64,000 bases of DNA. It comes from an uncultured Gammaproteobacteria bacterium. GTDB taxonomy: Bacteria; Pseudomonadota; Gammaproteobacteria; JAURND01. The notes below the pieces were generated by a model that saw nothing but the letters and a program-made list of their open reading frames with translations, was not told the origin of the DNA and did no database searches. A program made the translations under genes and the position numbers. Location: positions 608,001 through 672,000 of the forward strand of contig CAVQQD010000002.1 in NCBI GenBank assembly GCA_963714975.1. The letters run 5' to 3'. The number at the start of each line of letters is the position of its first letter. The first letter of the stretch is position 1. Positions 1 to 9,705 of this stretch are shown one piece after another.

Positions 1-417
1 TTCTAAACCACCGGCACCCATGGCGAGCATCGCCATACAACCAGCGGCGCAGGTGTGGCTGTCAGAGCCTAATAATGTTTTACCCGGCTTTCCGAAGTAT
101 TGCATATGAATTGGATGGCTAACCCCGTTGCCAGGGCGGCTATACCAAAGACCAAATTTTTGGCAAGCGCTTTGCAAAAATAGATGGTCATCAGCATTTT
201 TAAAGTCTTCTTGCAGTAAATTATGGTCGACATATTGCACAGATAATTGAGTTTTTACCCGCTTCAGACCCATGGCTTCGAGCTCTAACATAACCAGAGT
301 GCCGGTAGCATCTTGGGTGAGGGTTTGGTCAATTTTTAGCCCAATCTCCTGGCCTGCCAGCATCTTTCCTTCTACTAAGTGACTATTGATCAGTTTTTGA
401 GCAAGGTTCATTGCCAT
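1..417 (-). CDS. Aconitate hydratase (Aquifex/archaeal-type), 5' part; runs off the window edge
   Basis: Manual translation from ATG at 417: MAMNLAQKLINSHLVEG..IDQTLTQDATGT..YVDHN..GNGVSH..LLGSDSHT..GAGG; DHN and GSDSHT are aconitase motifs. Confidence 0.88.
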   Translation of the reverse strand, partial: MAMNLAQKLINSHLVEGKMLAGQEIGLKIDQTLTQDATGTLVMLELEAMGLKRVKTQLSVQYVDHNLLQEDFKNADDHLFLQSACQKFGLWYSRPGNGVSHPIHMQYFGKPGKTLLGSDSHTCAAGCMAMLAMGAGGLE

Positions 418-622
418 GGTAGTGGCTCCTTTTTGACAGGTAATAGGAACTAAAGGATTGGTAATTCTCTAAGAATAGCAGGATCGGTGCAATTCGCGAG
501 GCCCCATAGGCTGTATGGATTCCTTCTCTCACAGCGGTTTTCTGTGGGAGAAGGTGGTCGCAGGCCGAATGGGGGTGTTTGAAAGGGCTTTCAGCATTTT
601 GAACCCACCTATTACCCCTTTA

Positions 623-654
623 TTAATACTAAATTAATTCTTTGACTTTATAAT
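623..654 (+). promoter_or_regulatory. PmrA-type tandem TTAA box plus -10 (TATAAT)
   Basis: TTAA at 623 and 634 (11-bp period), TATAAT at 649; same geometry at 4614, 8459 and 56613. Confidence 0.65.
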
Positions 655-1454
655 CAAAACAAATATATGGCGAGGAATCCATGTTTGAAGATAAAGAGAG
701 CAAGGTTGAGAAAAATTTTGAGAAACACAAAGTTGTGCAGCCGCGAAGTGCGTTTCAGGAAAACGGGGTATCGTATCGAGGTGGTAATAGCAATTGTATA
801 GGTGTAACGAAATCTGGAACTGATGAAGAATTTGTTCTTAAAAATTTTAATGATGGCTTTTATTGTGCCCATGAAAAGCTTTGCTATGATTTGCTAGCAC
901 TTTGTGGGGTTAAAGTCCCCGAAACCTATATAGTTCATGAGGACAAAGCTGACAAATATTGGTTAGCTTCGCGAAAAGAGCCGCGCTACCAAGATTTGTA
1001 CCAGTGGCTTTTTAAAGCTGGGCCGGACCCTAATCCAGACGAACTTCCGAGATTTTTTGCTCAGATCACGGAAAAGCTGCAAAAACAATCCTTACTAGGA
1101 AGTGATGGTGGAGAAAAACCGATAAGAGGCTTATATGAAAATGTAGCCATATTTATGTTTTTACAAGATATGGATACAATAGGTTCTCTATATGGAAACA
1201 TTGGACTGATTGAACAAGAGGATTGCTTCCAAGCAGTTAAGATTGATCCTGGGAGCTGTTGGCTTTTCCCAACTGGTGAGGGTTATGAGCGGAATTTACG
1301 TCAATTGCAGAATGGAAAGATTGAAAATTTTTATAGTCCCCATGATGGGAATAAGAGTATTTCGGTCTTTAAACATTGCAAAACGGAGCAAATTTATCCA
1401 TCGTGCCGTAAGACCCCGTCATTCATGGCGGGGATGTAAGGCACTCCTTCGATT

Positions 1455-1535
1455 ATTTGGGTTTTGGTTGCTGCTCAATGTACTGTAGTGTCTACCCGTT
1501 TTGGATTCGCTCTTTACTGTATTGAGTTTGGCATA
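1455..1535 (-). pseudogene. tnpA: Internally deleted tnpA remnant
   Basis: Minus strand reads ..TGRH.. joined to ..QYIEQQPKPK*, the two ends of a TnpA (intact copy at 51182-51595 has HGRHC..HYIEQQ). Confidence 0.65.
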
Positions 1536-1555
1536 GACCAGAATATAATAGTCGC

Positions 1556-2764
1556 ATGAAAATCCAGAAAGCATTTAAATTCCGTATTGAGCCGAATGGT
1601 GCGCAAAAACGCGCGATGAGTCAGTTTGCGGGTAATGCACGTAAGGTTTGGAATTTAGCATTAGCGCGTCAACAAGAGCTCTATGCCGAAAACAAACCGT
1701 TTACCCATAGCTTTGGTATGAATCACTGGTTGTTAGTATGGAAAAAAGAAATGCCCTACCTGCAACAATCGCCTTCCCAAACCTTGCAACAAGTCACTAA
1801 GGACCTTGATCGCGCATTTAAAAACTTCTTCGCCCACCGTGCTGCTTTCCCCAAATTCAAGAAAAAAGCTCACTCATCAGATAGTTTTCGTTTTCCACAA
1901 GGGTTTAAGCTGGATCAAGATAATAACCGTATTTTTCTGCCAAAATTGGGATGGATACGCTATCGCAACAGTCGCGATGTAGTAGGGAAAATTAAAAACG
2001 TCATCGTTAAGCAATGCAATGGCTTGTGGTTTGTATCAGTGCAGACCGAGCGTGAAGAGAGTCAACCCTTGCCAACAGCTACTACCCCAGTGGGTATTGA
2101 TATGGGTATTGCACGTTTTGCTACGATGAGTGATGGGACCTATGTCGAACCCATGAATAGCTTCAAAAAACATCAAGCACGCCTTGCGCATTATCAACGT
2201 CGCTTGAAGCGTAAGAAAAAATTTAGTCGTAATTGGATAAAAGCCCAAAGGCGGGTTCAAAAGACTCACAACACAATTGCCAATGTCAGACAAGATTTTC
2301 TGCACAAAACCAGCACCGCGATTAGCAAAAACCACGCGCTCGTCTGTGTTGAGGATTTGCAGATAGCTGCCATGTCGAAATCTGCCAAAGGCAATTGTGA
2401 GCAGCACGGTCGCCAGGTCAGACAAAAGGCAGGTTTAAATCGCGCCATACTGGATCAGGGTTGGGGTGAATTCCGACGCCAGTTAGCTTATAAGCTTGAG
2501 TGGAACGGCGGCATTTTTCTAGCAGTGGATCCGAAAAATACCAGTCGAACCTGTCCTGCCTGTCAGCACGTTTGTGCAGACAACCGCAAAACGCAAGCTG
2601 AGTTTGCGTGCGTGCGTTGTGGCTATAGCCACCATGCCGATGTGGTTGGCGCGATCAATATTTTAGAGCGGGGGCACCGCTTGCTAGCTTGTGGAGAGAA
2701 GACGCAGTCAGGTCGCTCGAGGAAGCAAGAACCCACCGAAGCGAGTTGCGCACAGGTTGCGTAA
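1556..2764 (+). CDS. tnpB: RNA-guided endonuclease TnpB
   Basis: N-terminal HTH, RuvC motifs GIDMG / VEDL / [10 protein letters not shown], zinc finger CPAC..CVRC. Confidence 0.95.
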   Translation: MKIQKAFKFRIEPNGAQKRAMSQFAGNARKVWNLALARQQELYAENKPFTHSFGMNHWLLVWKKEMPYLQQSPSQTLQQVTKDLDRAFKNFFAHRAAFPKFKKKAHSSDSFRFPQGFKLDQDNNRIFLPKLGWIRYRNSRDVVGKIKNVIVKQCNGLWFVSVQTEREESQPLPTATTPVGIDMGIARFATMSDGTYVEPMNSFKKHQARLAHYQRRLKRKKKFSRNWIKAQRRVQKTHNTIANVRQDFLHKTSTAISKNHALVCVEDLQIAAMSKSAKGNCEQHGRQVRQKAGLNRAILDQGWGEFRRQLAYKLEWNGGIFLAVDPKNTSRTCPACQHVCADNRKTQAEFACVRCGYSHHADVVGAINILERGHRLLACGEKTQSGRSRKQEPTEASCAQVA

Positions 2765-2822
2765 CCGCAGTAGGAATCCTCGCCCTTTAGGCGGGGAGGA
2801 AGTCAAAATGGCATGGTGCGCG
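2660..2822 (+). ncRNA. Putative omega-RNA (reRNA) of TnpB; guide read from the right flank (AATGGCATGGTGCGCG)
   Basis: Position inferred from known TnpB biology (overlaps tnpB 3' end and right end); boundaries approximate. Confidence 0.5.
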
Positions 2823-2947
2823 TTGCTCAGTTAACTGATGATCAGTTAAAGAACGTAATCGATAACCCGCAATTAAATACTTTTCTTTTGGAAAAAAACA
2901 GAGTTTCCATATTGGAAACTTTACAAGCAAGGCGCAATTCTTATAGA

Positions 2948-3155
2948 CTATCCGATGCACACAAATCGGTCAGCAATTGTCGCTGCTCCGTCATGAGACC
3001 GGCGGGTGACCCGGAGGCGGGGACCCTTAACAGAAATCCTCCTATCCCCTTTGTAAAAGGGGATAGGAGGATTTTGGTGGGGTGCCGCAGCGGCAGGACC
3101 CGCCGGGGAGCAAGGCTTCAGCGGAATTGCTGACCGATTTGTGTGCATCGGATAG
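2948..3155. mobile_element. MITE, 208 bp, about 31-bp terminal inverted repeats, 8-bp target duplication
   Basis: TIR CTATCCGATGCACACAAATCGGTCAGCAATT; TSD CTTATAGA at 2940-2947 and 3156-3163; nested hairpin at 3034-3076. Confidence 0.9.
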
Positions 3156-3576
3156 CTTATAGACAGGTTTTAAACGAGAAATGGATCCAATGGGAATTGA
3201 AGGGGCCAATATTTTGGTTTAAAACAAATAAATACAAAATTGCTGCTGCTCTAGTTGTTGGAGCTATCCCAGGTGCAGTTATAGGAGCAGAAAAAGAAAT
3301 TTTATTTGATCCTGGCATTTGTAACGGCTTGGCTTTGGCTGGTATCGGGGTTGGTTTGGTGGTGTTATTGTTAGCAATGAAGTATGGCGTTGATAAATGC
3401 CGGACAAATAGTCATGAGTATCCTATTCTTCATATGGTAAAAGATGTGGTTTTAGCTGCTTCATCGTAAATCTCTCGGATTTTTGGACAACGGCTTGTTT
3501 AGAAAATGCCATTGCTGCAGTTATCGACGAGAATAATTTTTATTCTAAATTTCGTTACCGTTTCTTTGCCAATTAA

Positions 3577-3891
3577 TTAAGCTGCCTTATTTGTAAGTTC
3601 AAAAGCTTTTAAAAAAGCGCTTGGAATCTTTTTTGCGATCAGTAATAAACTGCGCGCTGAACTATGAGGTTCACGCCTTCCTTGTTCCCAATTCCGCAAA
3701 GTGGCTACACTTACACCCATCAAAGATGCAAATGCCTGCTGGCTTAATCCCAGGTTATGCCTAATTTGAGCAACTTCTTTTGCATCCGGTAGAGTAACTC
3801 GTGAAACCTTCAACTTTTTTTTACCTAATTGCCACGCTCTAATTTCTTTAATACCTTCTAATATTTCTTTCCCAAGGTCTCTGCTTTTCAT
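3577..3891 (-). CDS. higA: HigA-like HTH (Xre) antitoxin
   Basis: IRHNLGLSQQAFASLMGVSVATLRNWEQGRREP HTH; overlaps the stop of the upstream toxin. Confidence 0.85.
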   Translation of the reverse strand: MKSRDLGKEILEGIKEIRAWQLGKKKLKVSRVTLPDAKEVAQIRHNLGLSQQAFASLMGVSVATLRNWEQGRREPHSSARSLLLIAKKIPSAFLKAFELTNKAA

Positions 3892-4205
3892 TGGATTGTC
3901 TCCAAAGATTTAGCTATACGAGCCAAAGTTGTCGCATCAATATTTTCTCGTTCAGATTTACTATATATCGTTAACATATAAATTTGATCTCGTGTTTTAG
4001 CCCAATAATAAATTATCCGTACCCCACCAGACTTACCCATGCCTGCGCGAGCCCAACGAAACTTCCGAACGCCACCGCTGCCTGAAATGACTTTTCCAGA
4101 TTCTGGATGCTGCATTAAATAATGTTGCAATTTCCCATATTCATCATCACTAAGATAATCCGATATTAAGCGGCTGAAATAACTAGTCTCCACAAATAAC
4201 ATCAT
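3888..4205 (-). CDS. higB: HigB/RelE-family toxin
   Basis: FVETSYF..G.VISGSGGVRKFRW..GKSGGVRIIYY; toxin-first gene order. Confidence 0.85.
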   Translation of the reverse strand: MMLFVETSYFSRLISDYLSDDEYGKLQHYLMQHPESGKVISGSGGVRKFRWARAGMGKSGGVRIIYYWAKTRDQIYMLTIYSKSERENIDATTLARIAKSLETIQ

Positions 4206-4427
4206 AATTTCAGTATAAGTCATTGGCGCACCTATTGCAATGTTTGTCGTGGAGTATTAGTAACAAAAAAAGCAATAATTTTATTTTTTGGAAACATAAA
4301 TTGCTCGCATAAAGTAGTGGCAGAGCTCCTTACTATAAATATCGAGGGAGAATGATCAATACCGTATTTCGTTGCCGACAAGCTGCGAAACGACGTAAAA
4401 TGGGGGATTGGTAAAAAAAAAGAAGAT

Positions 4428-4512
4428 GGTTCTATGTAGAATCGAGTGGGTAATATATCCTTCTCCCCTTGTGGGAGAAGGATATATTACCCACTCAAAA
4501 CAACATAGAACC
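4428..4512. repeat. Palindromic MITE (GGTTCTATG..CATAGAACC) around a CCTTCTCCCCTTGTGGGAGAAGG core
   Basis: Long inverted repeat; near-perfect 8-bp flanking repeat AAGAAGAT/AAAAAGAT; half copies at 22361-22405 and 44877-44929. Confidence 0.8.
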
Positions 4513-4613
4513 AAAAAGATAAAGCTGGGACGATGATTCACGAGGGTGGTACAAGCCGCCCTTCATGAAACACTCATCTGCAGGCACAGCAAGATCAAAC
4601 TTAATTATGGCCT

Positions 4614-4645
4614 TTAATAGTTTGTTAATATTGGCTTGATAGGAT
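4614..4645 (+). promoter_or_regulatory. PmrA-type box plus -10 (TAGGAT)
   Basis: TTAA at 4614 and 4625; -10 at 4640. Confidence 0.6.
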
Positions 4646-4707
4646 TATGAAAATTTACTAATTTACTTTCAATCGCCAAATTTATTTAAGACTTTCTGGA
4701 GAAAATT

Positions 4708-7195
4708 ATGCTCAGTCGTGATGAAGTACTAGAACAATTGCAATATTTTTCCTCTGATGAGCGCGTTGCTACAGAAATCCCCACACTAATCGATTTGCTG
4801 CGTAAAATTTCTCCGGAAGAGTTAAAGCAGCTAACGACTTCGTCTTCAGAAGAGTTGTTAAAACCACTAACAACAAAATTATATACTTTATTAGGAGATC
4901 CACGCTTAGAAGGCATAACTCAAAACAATATTCTTTTTAAGAATGTATTATATGATGCGCTATTAGTGATCTCTCATGATTACCCCATACATACCATTAG
5001 CATATATGATCCTGATGATCACTTGAGTGACGACTATGATCTGGTGTTAATGAACAAAGCGCCCTCTAAAGAGCAACTCGAAAAAATAAAGTGCACTTCT
5101 GTTATTACTCAAGAACCATTTCAGCTAATTCAATACGGTCCAAAAGCAGAAATACGCTGTACTATAGGTGGTTCTATACTTGCGCAAATTGGATTTCCTG
5201 AGCACGAGTTTAAGTCATCTTTTTTGCAGCTTACAGAGGATAAGCCCATACTTTCTGTCAAGTCATCCTATCCCCCTAAAAAATTATGCGAGCTGGATCG
5301 TATAGCCATACCTTTGGGGGGTCATGCTTTAGATGGGGAAGCAGTGATTAAATTATCAGATCGGTATTGGTTTAATATTCATGAGCTTGGCAAGACTATA
5401 AATTAATACAGGACAGTGGAAGAATTGTTACACCAATAAAGCTTTTAATGCACAAGATAGAGCTAGGATTACAGACCTTCTTCAGAAAAAAAACATCACT
5501 CCACCGTCAACTGTTTCTGAGCAAAAATCTACCTTTGGATTAGACTCTGCTCTATCTATTGCAGCCGCCGAAGGATTTGATGTTGGGCAAAATTCAGTGC
5601 CCATTCAGGAATCCATAGCAGCCCTGCTCCGTACGGTAGATCAGTTTGTCAGGGCCTTTACACGTGGGATGTCTCCTCAGCAAATACAATCTTTAGGATC
5701 TCGAGCCGCCTTACGGCGTCTTGGTCTTGAAATCGCCCACAGTGATCAACTTCAGTCTGAAGTTAACCAAAGAATTCTTATGTGGGGATTGCCGGAAATT
5801 AGTCGATTAGTTGCCATTGCAACACATCCTAATGTTTATGCCTTCGTTAGAGCAAAACAACTTAATTTAGATACTATCCGAGCGTGGGGAGAAGGGGAAA
5901 CCTTGAGAATATGCGGGATAGCAAATCAACCCTCTGTTGCTAGCTTCATTAGCATGAGGCAACTTGATTTAGACATGATCCGCCGTTTGGGCGAAGCGGA
6001 AACCTTGAGATTAGTCGGGATTGCAAATCAACCCCATATCCAAAGATTTATCCCTTCTGAAGAAAACGGTTTGGGTATGTATGATGGGTGGAGCATTAAC
6101 CTTTTCCAGATATACGAATGGAAACCTCGTCAGCTTGCAGTGGCTAATCGAGACTATACAAATCCCGCGTTAAATATTGCTGATTTAAGTGAGCTTGATC
6201 TACGTATGGCTCAACATTTTGTAGATCAAGCAACTTCTTTGCAGGGTGTTAAGTTTCCTAAAGCTAATTTAAGAGGAATTAGTCTGAAGGGAAAAAATCT
6301 TCAAGGTGCCGACCTTTCAAACTGTGATCTTACATTAGCTGATCTTAGTGGGGCCAACCTGCAAGGCGCAAATCTATCGGGCGCCACACTAAAGGGAGCG
6401 AATCTCAGTGGTGCTTATTTACAAGATGCCAAACTATCAGGAGTTACTATAGGATCAGCTAGCAGAGGCATTTTGGAGTTATGGCAAAAAACACGATTTC
6501 TTGGTGCTGATTTGCGTAATACTATAGAGTTGCCCAACAGCTTCAGACGTCATCTGGCTGCTATTGAGGAGAATATAAATATAGGGGGGCATTCTTTACC
6601 TGGTGACGGTATGGACTTACAAGGCGCGCGAGTAGATGGGTTCAATTGGAAACAATGGAAACCTAGTCCCGATAATGAAATATTACCACAGCAACTGCTA
6701 GCTAAAGCTCATAATTTACAGGCACGAGGATATGTGCAGGAAGCTCAAGTGGCTAAAAGCTTGGCGACAGATTTTCAACGCAATAGAGCTTCATTTTTTC
6801 CAGCTGCAGAAGAGATCAACTTATTATCAAAATTTCGTAACCCTAAAATAATGCTGGCGCATACATTATTTTGGATTATAAATGTTTCCCTTTTGGTGGA
6901 AGGTGGTATGTTATTTTCAGGCTCGGATTATCTTTTTAATTTCAGTATTCGGTCTGATGAACTCTTCATTGGCACTGTTTTGTGTTTATCTGCTTTACTG
7001 GCTTTAAAGCTCAAAGAAAAAGTAACTGGAAATTATGTATATTTTACTTCGGAAACCGGGGGAATCGTTGATAAAATGTTACAAAATTCAAGAATCTCTT
7101 CAAAGAAATGGTTGAGAGCGCGTAGCTCACTTCGGGGTCCACGGCAGGTCAAATCCTCTCATCGTTTAATTATCCAAAAAATAATGGGGAGGTGA
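4708..7195 (+). CDS. Large candidate effector: U-box-like region, about 33-aa repeats, pentapeptide repeats, C-terminal TM segments; one frameshift near 5395-5401
   Basis: The frame of ORF 5597 is open back to 5402 (INTGQWKNCYTNKAFNAQDRARI..) and continues ORF 4708; A(N/D)LSG pentapeptide repeats at about 6260-6450. Confidence 0.6.
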
Positions 7196-7561
7196 TGCTG
7201 ACAATACTAAATCGTCGATTAGCTGCTGGCATAATTCCTTAGTGAGGGGTTTGTATAAAAATGCTTTAACTCCTAACTCATAGGCTCGCACTTTTTGCTG
7301 CTCATCTTCGTGTGCCGTGACGATGACCACTGGCGTTCGGCTATTGGGCCCTTTACTCTGACGCAAGTGGCGGGTGATCACAAGGCCACTTAAATCCGGT
7401 AGATCTAGGTTCACTACCACTAGTCGGTAGGGATGATGCAGCTTTTCTAAAGCGGCTAATCCCCCATTGACCACTTTCACGCAGCAATGCAGACTTTCAA
7501 AATACCTGCGGGTGGTATAGGCGATCATGGGGTCAGGTTCAATCAGTAATACATTTTTCAT
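7166..7561 (-). CDS. Single-domain response regulator (atypical receiver)
   Basis: MKNVLLIEPD..VVNLDLPDLSG..VTAH..YKP; Asn at the usual phospho-acceptor Asp position. Confidence 0.85.
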   Translation of the reverse strand: MKNVLLIEPDPMIAYTTRRYFESLHCCVKVVNGGLAALEKLHHPYRLVVVNLDLPDLSGLVITRHLRQSKGPNSRTPVVIVTAHEDEQQKVRAYELGVKAFLYKPLTKELCQQLIDDLVLSASPPHYFLDN

Positions 7562-8287
7562 GGGTACTTTCCTGTTCGTTAGTTGGCCGACGCTAATCGT
7601 CAGCAACAATGCGCCTGATCAAACGGAATGGGCGCGTTAGTTGAAAACGGAGGTTTGTTCGTATGCATGCGCGTTCCTGGGTTGATGCAAAAAAAACATC
7701 GAATCAGGGCAGGCAAGCAGAAGGTTTTAGGATGGCGAGGCGATAACCCCCCGCCATGCCATTCCTCTCTTACTTGCCTACCCCTCTTTGCATCGATATT
7801 AGCCACCAAAAAACCGCTAACTTAGCATCCCAGGCCCATAATCCACCGAAGACAGGCGAGGAAATTCCATGGGATGTAAGCGGATTTCCCCAGGCGTGAA
7901 CAACCCGCCTAGGAGAATCCAGGTAAAAAAATGTAGCCAACAGCGAAAAAAAAGTTTTACGCGAACGCGCAATGAAGTAAGCTGAGTGAGCCATCTTCGG
8001 TTAACCTCCTCTTAGGTTAATTGATTATGGAAGTGCCTCAAGAATGCGTCTACATTCTTTTTGGCGCGGCCTCGGCGGCGCAAGCCCCCGAGGTTTTGCT
8101 ATTATTCATTGACTTTAGCTGAAATGCAAATTTTTCTTAATGGTGACTTAATTTATTCTTTCTCAAATTTCCCTAGAGAAATTTGGAGAAAGTGGCCGCA
8201 GACCGGATGAGGGAATTTGCATGGCTTTCAGTTGGTGCCAAAATCAACTAGTTAACCAAGAAGTTCCTTACAAGAATTTTTTGTAAT

Positions 8288-8433
8288 CTCTGTAGGGGGC
8301 AAAAACAATTTCCCCCTTTGGAAAAGGAAAGAAACATTGAGTACTACGAAAATAACGTTAGTGCTCTCATCTTTTTAAATCCCCCTTAATCCCCCTTTTT
8401 CAAAGGGGGAAATTGTTTTTGTCCCCTACAGAG
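8288..8433. mobile_element. MITE (CTCTGTAGGGG..CCCCTACAGAG), 9-bp TSD
   Basis: About 29-bp TIRs; TSD TTTTGTAAT at 8279-8287 and 8434-8442; relatives at 55127-55173 and 56427-56587. Confidence 0.88.
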
Positions 8434-8458
8434 TTTTGTAATTTCTATAGGATCCCTC

Positions 8459-8490
8459 TTAAGACTAACTTAATTTTTTAACGTTATAAT
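8459..8490 (+). promoter_or_regulatory. PmrA-type box plus -10 (TATAAT)
   Basis: cTTAA at 8459 and 8470; TATAAT at 8485. Confidence 0.65.
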
Positions 8491-8532
8491 CAAAATCAAA
8501 AAAGTTATCAACTATAAAGATAGAGGCAATCC

Positions 8533-9705
8533 ATGCAAGAGAGTAAAGATGTTCTAAAACAGGTGTTTCAGCCATACAGTGATTTCACAGAAAACGGAAA
8601 GGTATATGCTACTAGTCAACGTAAGCATACAGGGGCAATGAAATCTGGCACAAATGAAGAATTTATTCTTAAAAAAGGCTTGGGAATCGACTGTGTTCAT
8701 GAAAAACTTTGCTATGATTTGCTAGCACTTTGTGGTGTGAAAGTCCCTGAAACTTATGTAATTCATAGAGAGAAAGGAGATGGGCAGTATTGGTTGGCTT
8801 CGCGCAAAGAGAAGGGCTACCAAGACTTAGGTGTTTTCCTTCTGCGTGTTGCGCAGAAAACTGACCAATCAGGAAAACTCAAAATTGATTTTCCTAAGGC
8901 TGAGCCATGGCTACGAAAACAATCTTTGCCAGGAAAGGATGGCTTACCAAAACCGATACAAGGCTTATATGAGAATGTAGCTGTATTTATGTTTCTACAA
9001 GATCGGGATGTAATAGGCCACGGATCGGCCAACCTTGGGCTAATTGAACAAGACAATTGCTTCCAGACAGTTAAAATTGATCCTGCGAATAGTGATATTG
9101 AGCGGGCAAAAGATGATCATCTAAACAACAAAGCTTTAGAAATATTACGGGGGGAAAGTAAAGGACACTATATTTCTAATAATAAGTTTGATCGTGGGAC
9201 GAGTGAGCTCGTCTTTAAACATTGCACTTCAGTTCAAATTAATGATGGTATGATTCGGGTTGCTCGATTGACCGATGCGCAATTAAAGTCCGTCATCTAT
9301 AACGAACAATTTCCAGATTATTTACTTCCTGCGGTAACTAGAAATGCTATATTTGCGACTTTAACCGCAAGACGTGATTCTTATATTCAAGTTTTAGACA
9401 ATAAGAATATCGATTGGAAAAATTGTAAACTGATATCAGATCACATTGCAACAGCCACTTTAACAGCACACGGGCCAATATTTTGGTTTAAAGCCAATAA
9501 ATGTAAAGTGGCTGCTGTGGTTGCTGGAGCTATCCCAGGTGCAGTTCTAGGAGCAGAAAAAGAATTTTTCTTTGATCCGGGTATGTATAACGGTTTGGCT
9601 TTGGCCGGTATCGGGGTTGGTTTGGTGGTGTTATTGTTAGCAATGAAGTATGGCGTTGATAAATGCCGGACAAATAATCATGAGCATCTTCTATGTCGGT
9701 CATAG
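8533..9705 (+). CDS. PI3/4-kinase/HipA-like candidate effector with two C-terminal TM helices (intact paralog)
   Basis: FILKK, HEKLCYDLLALCGVKVPET, QDRDVIG..NLGL and VKIDP kinase-like motifs; hydrophobic C-terminus. Confidence 0.7.
   Translation: MQESKDVLKQVFQPYSDFTENGKVYATSQRKHTGAMKSGTNEEFILKKGLGIDCVHEKLCYDLLALCGVKVPETYVIHREKGDGQYWLASRKEKGYQDLGVFLLRVAQKTDQSGKLKIDFPKAEPWLRKQSLPGKDGLPKPIQGLYENVAVFMFLQDRDVIGHGSANLGLIEQDNCFQTVKIDPANSDIERAKDDHLNNKALEILRGESKGHYISNNKFDRGTSELVFKHCTSVQINDGMIRVARLTDAQLKSVIYNEQFPDYLLPAVTRNAIFATLTARRDSYIQVLDNKNIDWKNCKLISDHIATATLTAHGPIFWFKANKCKVAAVVAGAIPGAVLGAEKEFFFDPGMYNGLALAGIGVGLVVLLLAMKYGVDKCRTNNHEHLLCRS

Larger units (their letters stand above)
1398..2806 (+). mobile_element. 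IS200/IS605-family element, non-autonomous (tnpA deleted, tnpB intact)
   Basis: Inserted 3' of TTAT with no target duplication; left-end hairpin CCCCGTCATTCATGGCGGGG; right-end hairpin ending GGAAGTCAA; removing it restores the host ORF. Confidence 0.93.
681..3469 (+). pseudogene. PI3/4-kinase/HipA-like candidate effector with C-terminal TM hairpin, split by an IS605 derivative and a MITE
   Basis: Joining 681-1397, 2807-2947 and 3164-3469 gives a continuous 387-aa ORF colinear with the intact paralog 8533-9705 (QIY|NGMVRV vs QINDGMIRV; NSYR|QVL vs DSYIQVL). Confidence 0.85.

Noticed and set aside
1398-2806. IStron (group I intron-IS605 hybrid) that would splice out of the kinase gene
   Set aside because: The element ends in TCAA, not a terminal G, and the short left segment is explained by the left-end hairpin plus a tnpA remnant, leaving no room for a ribozyme core
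3131-3133. TGA recoding or alternative genetic code allowing read-through of the in-frame MITE
   Set aside because: TGA ends conserved genes here (rlmE, secG, nuoA, nuoD), so the standard code applies, and no SECIS-like evidence was seen
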